Source: Candidatus Eiseniibacteriota bacterium
GTDB lineage: Bacteria > Eisenbacteria > RBG-16-71-46
Reading direction: 5' to 3'
DNA: 64,000 bases
NCBI GenBank assembly: GCA_038231135.1
Contig: JBBRLX010000023.1
Coordinates: forward strand, 1 to 64,000
Shown here: positions 59,764-64,000 of the stretch, piece by piece
How the letters are laid out: every line of letters begins with the position of its first letter
Numbering within the stretch: position 1 is the stretch's first letter
Notes under the pieces: model-generated
The model's database searches: none
Told to the model about the DNA's origin: nothing
What the model saw: only the letters and a program-made list of their open reading frames with translations
Program-made: the position numbers and the translations under genes

Positions 59764-61140
59764 GTGAGCTCGAACGACGCCAGGAAATTGTCACCCGCGG
59801 CCGTCCTGTCGGCGCCCGTCGAGATGACGCAGAAGTCGATCAACGACGACGTGCTGCGGCTGATCGGCGCACCGGGGCGCGTGTGGTGGACGATCTTCAT
59901 CATCGACCTGCTGATCCTCGGCACCGGCGTGATCGCGGAGCGGAACCAGATCATCAACGGCATCGGCGTGGCCGGCCACACCCGGCCGGTGATGTGGGCG
60001 TCGTACGTCGCGAACTTCGTGTTCTGGGTCGGCATCGCGCACTGCGGCACGCTGGTGTCCGCGATCCTGTTCCTGTTCCGCTCGCACTTCCGCCGCGCCG
60101 TGTACCGGGTCGCCGAGGCGATGACGGTGTTCGGCGTGCTCACGGCCGGGCTGTTCCCGCTGCTGCATCTCGGCCGCCCGTGGTTCGCCTACTGGCTGTT
60201 CCCGTTCCCCACCCAGCGCCAGTTGTGGCCGAACTTCCGCTCGCCGCTGGAATGGGACGTGTTCGCGGTCACCACCTACCTCACGGTGTCGAGCATCTTC
60301 TTCCTCGTCGGCATCATCCCCGACGCCGCCGCGGCCCGCGATCGCACGCAGAACCGCTGGCTCAAGCTGGTATACACGGTGTTCGCGGCGGGCTGGACCG
60401 GCTCGAACAACCAGTGGAAGCACTTCTACGGCGCCTACCTGTACTTCGCGGCGATCGCGACGCCGCTCGTGCTGTCGGTGCACTCGGTGGTGTCGTGGGA
60501 CTTCGCGATGGCGCAGGTGCCGGGCTGGCACAGCACGATCTTCGCCCCGTACTTCGTCGCCGGCGCGATCTTCTCGGGCGTCGCGATGGTGATCAACCTG
60601 CTGATCCCGATCCGCAAGGCGTTCAAGCTCGAGCACATCGTCACGATCGACCACATCGAGAAACTGTCGAAGCTGGTGCTGCTGACGTCGACGATCGTGG
60701 CCTACTCCTACCTGTCCGAGTTCTTCTCGGCGTGGTACGGGCCGAGCAAGTTCGAGCGTGACATGTTCTGGTGGCGCGCCACCGGCCACTTCGCCTGGGC
60801 GTTCTGGATCATGTTCACGTGCAACGTGATCCTGCCGCTGACGCTGTGGTTCAAGCCGATGCGGCGGAACATGCCGTACCTGTTCGTGCTGTGCCTGTTC
60901 GTCAACGTCGGCATGTACTTCGAGCGGTTCGTGATCATCGTCACCTCGCTCGCGCATCCGTTCGATCCCAGCACCTGGGACGTGAACTACCGCATGTCGT
61001 GGACGGAGGGGGCGATCCTGGCCGGTTCGTTCGCGTGGTTCTTCATGTTCTTCCTGATCTTCGTGCGGCTGCTGCCGGCGTTCTCGATCGCGGAGCTCAA
61101 GGAGACGCTGCCGCCGCCGTTCCGGAGGAAGCACGCATGA
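59764..61140 (+). CDS. actC: Alternative complex III NrfD-type membrane subunit
   Basis: NFVFWVGIAH.GT, HLGRPW, PNFRSPL.WD, SVHSVVSWDFA, WHSTIFAPYFVAGA, GMYFERFVI. Confidence 0.95.
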   Translation: MSSNDARKLSPAAVLSAPVEMTQKSINDDVLRLIGAPGRVWWTIFIIDLLILGTGVIAERNQIINGIGVAGHTRPVMWASYVANFVFWVGIAHCGTLVSAILFLFRSHFRRAVYRVAEAMTVFGVLTAGLFPLLHLGRPWFAYWLFPFPTQRQLWPNFRSPLEWDVFAVTTYLTVSSIFFLVGIIPDAAAARDRTQNRWLKLVYTVFAAGWTGSNNQWKHFYGAYLYFAAIATPLVLSVHSVVSWDFAMAQVPGWHSTIFAPYFVAGAIFSGVAMVINLLIPIRKAFKLEHIVTIDHIEKLSKLVLLTSTIVAYSYLSEFFSAWYGPSKFERDMFWWRATGHFAWAFWIMFTCNVILPLTLWFKPMRRNMPYLFVLCLFVNVGMYFERFVIIVTSLAHPFDPSTWDVNYRMSWTEGAILAGSFAWFFMFFLIFVRLLPAFSIAELKETLPPPFRRKHA

Positions 61141-61685
61141 TCGGACCGCTCGTCGACAAGCTGCTTGCCGGCCCCGCCGTGAAGTACCGGGGCGTGATGG
61201 GCGTCTACTACTACGTGGACGACGCCACCGACACGGTGCGCGCGCTGCGCGGGCTGGGGCATGCCGGGCTGTCGGTGTTCTCGCCGGTGCCGTATCACGA
61301 CATCGAGCGGGCGCTCGAGCAGAAGTCGTCACTGGTTCGATGGGTGACGTTCGCCGGCGGCCTGCTCGGCATCACCGGCGGTTTCACGCTGTGCATCTAT
61401 GCGAGCCTGTCATATCCGCTGGTGGTGGGGGGCAAGGAACTGATCTCGCTGCCGCCGTTCGTGGTGATCGGCTACGAGTCGATGATCCTGCTCGCCGGGC
61501 TGTCGAACCTGGTCGGCATGCTGGCACTCGGCCGGCTGCCGCAGGTGCGGTCGAGCGCGCCGTACGATCCGCGTTTCACCGAGGACCGCATCGGCATCTG
61601 GGTGCCGTGCGAGGGCGACGAGGCGCGCAAGGTCGAGCAGCTCATGCGCGGCCACGGCGCCGAAGAGGTGAAGACCCATGGTTAA
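61137..61685 (+). CDS. actD: Alternative complex III subunit D (DUF3341)
   Basis: FSPVP, YPLVVGGK..SLPPFVVIGYE, YDPRFTED. Confidence 0.9.
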   Translation: MIGPLVDKLLAGPAVKYRGVMGVYYYVDDATDTVRALRGLGHAGLSVFSPVPYHDIERALEQKSSLVRWVTFAGGLLGITGGFTLCIYASLSYPLVVGGKELISLPPFVVIGYESMILLAGLSNLVGMLALGRLPQVRSSAPYDPRFTEDRIGIWVPCEGDEARKVEQLMRGHGAEEVKTHG

Positions 61686-62232
61686 AGGGACGCTGGGCGT
61701 GATCGGACTGTCGATCCTGACGATGTTCGGGCCCACGAGCCCCAAGACCGGCTGCCAGGGCGCGTTCAAGGCGGCGACGCACGTCGTCTACCCCCAGCAG
61801 CGCGACATGCGCCGCAGCATCGCGCTGCTGCCGCAGCGCGGCTTCTACCGGGCGCCGGACTCCTCGAGCGTCCCCGTCGGGGGCCGCGACGTGGTGCGCG
61901 ATCAGGCGAAGTTCGAAGCCGCGTTCACGGTGCCGACGCCGCCGACGCCCGAGTCGATCGAGCGCGGACACATCAAGTACGGCAAGACCTGCATGCCGTG
62001 CCACGGCGCGAACCTCGACGGCCAGGGCCCGGTGTGGCTGTCGAAGAAGTTCATGATCCCCCCGGCGAACATGATGATGCCTACGACCCGGGCGCGCACC
62101 GACGGCTACATCTACCGCTACATCCGCTTCGGGGGCGCGGTCATGCCGAGCTACGGCGCCCAGGTGACGGCGGAGGAGGCGTACGACCTGATCCACTACA
62201 TCCGCGACATGCAGAGGAAGAACCCCAAATGA
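61678..62232 (+). CDS. actE: Alternative complex III monoheme cytochrome c
   Basis: Single CMPCH, DGYIY..I..GGAVMPSY; operon position. Confidence 0.88.
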   Translation: MVKGTLGVIGLSILTMFGPTSPKTGCQGAFKAATHVVYPQQRDMRRSIALLPQRGFYRAPDSSSVPVGGRDVVRDQAKFEAAFTVPTPPTPESIERGHIKYGKTCMPCHGANLDGQGPVWLSKKFMIPPANMMMPTTRARTDGYIYRYIRFGGAVMPSYGAQVTAEEAYDLIHYIRDMQRKNPK

Positions 62233-63506
62233 GTGAAGCCGGCGTCGCCGTTCACCACGAGGCCGTGCTGCGCGACATCGCGTCACGGCTGCCGGTCAAG
62301 CCGAACCCGCAGCGTCGCATGCTGTGGATCGTTCTCATGGCGATCGGTGTGCTGACGTTCGCGTACCTGATGTTGCACGAGCCCAGGCGGGCGTGGGGCT
62401 CGTACGCGATCAACATGCTGTACTGGCTCGGGATCTCGCACGGGGCGCTCGTGCTCGCGTCCGCGATCCGGCTGTCGAACGGTCGCTGGGGCGGCCCGGT
62501 GATGCGCATCGCCGAGTCGCTGTCGGCGTATCTGCCCTATGGCTACGCCACCGTCGTCGTGATGCTGGTGGCCGGGATCTGGACGTACCTGCCGTGGACC
62601 CAGCACGTGCTGCCGCGCCAGACGCCGTACCTGAACGTGCCGTTCCTCTACATCCGCACACTCGGCGGCCTCGGCCTGCTGCTGTGGCTGTGCCGTGACC
62701 TGGTGAGCACGTCGCTGCGCCCCGACCTGTATCACCTCAAGAACTTCGTGGCGCCGGAGCTGCGGGCCGACTACGAGAAACGCTCCGCCAACTGGCGCGG
62801 GGACGAGGCGGAGGCGAAGTGGTCGCGGGACCGCCTCGCCATGCGCGCGCCACAGGTGGTGGTGTGCTTCGCCGTGGTGTTCACGTTCATGGGCTGGGAC
62901 TGGATCATGTCGCTCACCCCGGACTGGGTGAGCCAGATCTTCGGCTGGTGGTTCTTCATGGGCGCGTTCCTCACCGGCATCGCGATGACGGCGTTCCTGG
63001 CGACGCGGCTGCGCGCGAACTACAAGCTCGACGAGTACATCACCCCGGAGCACTTCTGGGACCTGGGCAAGATCGCGTTCGGCTTCAGCATCTTCTGGGT
63101 GTACCTGTTCTGGTCCCAGTACCTCGTGATCTGGTACGCGAACCTGCCGGACGAGACCTGGTGGGTGTTCCTGCGCTTCGAAGAACCGTGGCGGCCGCTC
63201 GCGTTCGCGGTGTTCGGGTTCGTGTTCCTGATCCCGTTCCTCGGGCTCATGAACATCTACACCAAGAAGAACCCGTTCTGGCTCGCGGTGTTCTCGATCA
63301 TCATCCTGGCCGGCATGTGGATGGAACGTCACATCCTGGTCATGCCATCGTTGCACCCCGAGGCGCGCTGGGTGGGGCTCCCCGAGATCGGCGTCACGCT
63401 GGGGTTCCTCGGACTGTTCGGCTGGGCCGTGCAGGGCTTCGTGACCCGCTACCCCGTCGTGAAGGTCACCGACGTGTTAGAAGGGTTGGGAGCGCACGGG
63501 CACTAG
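62229..63506 (+). CDS. actF: Alternative complex III membrane subunit F
   Basis: YLNVPF, DWIMSL.P.W.S, DLGK...FW.YL..SQYLVIWYANLPDET. Confidence 0.92.
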   Translation: MSEAGVAVHHEAVLRDIASRLPVKPNPQRRMLWIVLMAIGVLTFAYLMLHEPRRAWGSYAINMLYWLGISHGALVLASAIRLSNGRWGGPVMRIAESLSAYLPYGYATVVVMLVAGIWTYLPWTQHVLPRQTPYLNVPFLYIRTLGGLGLLLWLCRDLVSTSLRPDLYHLKNFVAPELRADYEKRSANWRGDEAEAKWSRDRLAMRAPQVVVCFAVVFTFMGWDWIMSLTPDWVSQIFGWWFFMGAFLTGIAMTAFLATRLRANYKLDEYITPEHFWDLGKIAFGFSIFWVYLFWSQYLVIWYANLPDETWWVFLRFEEPWRPLAFAVFGFVFLIPFLGLMNIYTKKNPFWLAVFSIIILAGMWMERHILVMPSLHPEARWVGLPEIGVTLGFLGLFGWAVQGFVTRYPVVKVTDVLEGLGAHGH

Positions 63507-63527
63507 TCCGGCGGCGGTCGCCGGTCA

Positions 63528-63569
63528 CGCGCCCGGGTTCTTCTCCGAGAGCCCGGGCGCGTTCGTTGT
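63528..63569 (+). terminator. Hairpin after actF (possible terminator or processing site)
   Basis: CGCGCCCGGGTTCT-loop-AGAGCCCGGGCGCG followed by TTCGTTGT (weak U-tract). Confidence 0.45.
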
Positions 63570-63653
63570 GGGCCAGTGGCGAAACCGGCAGACGCTCGAC
63601 GCTTAAAACGTCGTGTCCGCAAGGACGTGTGGGTTCGACTCCCACCTGGCCCA
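63570..63653 (+). tRNA. tRNA-Leu (anticodon UAA), CCA not encoded
   Basis: Acceptor GGGCCAG/CTGGCCC+A; anticodon arm CGACG-CTTAAAA-CGTCG; long variable arm GTCC-GCAA-GGAC; T arm GTGGG-TTCGACT-CCCAC. Confidence 0.96.
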
Positions 63654-63806
63654 GTTCCTTGGCTCCAAGGCGGCCCCGCGGGAGCGACCCGGTGGTTTGT
63701 ACCTCTTACCACCGGATTCAGCCGTTCGGTCCATCCGTCACGGTCATCAAGCCGTTGCGAACAGCGTAACTCGCGTGCTGCCACCGATGAATTGCGGTGG
63801 TCCCCG

Positions 63807-63822
63807 TGGCATCGCCATTGCT
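63807..63822 (+). promoter_or_regulatory. Sigma-54 (-24/-12) promoter
   Basis: TGGCATCGCCATTGCT, near-consensus. Confidence 0.75.
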
Positions 63823-63932
63823 CAAGGAGTGTTCGGCAGTCGTTCGACTGGCGCGCGAGCGCGAAGCAACCCCCAACCGCAGCCTGTGTCCTCTCCTGGT
63901 GGAGCGGGCTCCTGGCAGCAAGGAGCAGTCCC

Positions 63933-64000
63933 ATGAAGATGCACGTGACAGGCATGATCGCGTTGGCGGCCGTCATGATGATGGGTTCCCATGTCGCGGG
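63933..64000 (+). CDS. Start of a probable secreted protein (runs off window)
   Basis: AAGGAG SD; MKMHVTGMIALAAVMMMGSHVA signal-peptide-like. Confidence 0.6.
   Translation, partial: MKMHVTGMIALAAVMMMGSHVA

Noticed and set aside
63570..64000. tRNA as an integration site for a genomic island
   Set aside because: No integrase or duplicated tRNA 3' end is visible within the window.

Overview
High-GC bacterial chromosomal segment with no phage, IS or CRISPR array. Three secreted proteins ending in an FlgD-Ig/T9SS-like C-terminal domain, several Hanks Ser/Thr kinases and several sigma-54 activators suggest a Candidatus Eisenbacteria/FCB-related organism (inference only). The left half is accessory and signalling: three Ser/Thr kinases, two sigma-54 enhancer-binding proteins, beta-propeller exoproteins, peptidases, a MATE pump, a flippase and a hybrid histidine kinase. 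The right half is metabolic: gnd-zwf-pgl, fumC, a PLP dehydratase, tal with a broken pgi, tkt, glk, moeB, the alternative complex III operon actABCDEF and tRNA-Leu(UAA). The best candidate for an undescribed system is at 26192-28926: a 95-aa secreted Gly/Pro/Asp-rich (GDPDGDP) pre-peptide gene translationally coupled to a TPR-type sigma-54 activator. The 3' part of the peptide gene and the N-terminal third of the activator share one low-GC block, and sigma-54 promoters flank the locus. This resembles peptide-pheromone (RRNPP/agr-style) signalling wired to sigma-54. Other points: a probably kinase-dead hybrid kinase, an HTH protein with two AT-hooks, a Rex-like operator before complex III, two internally deleted gene remnants and two probable CTG starts.
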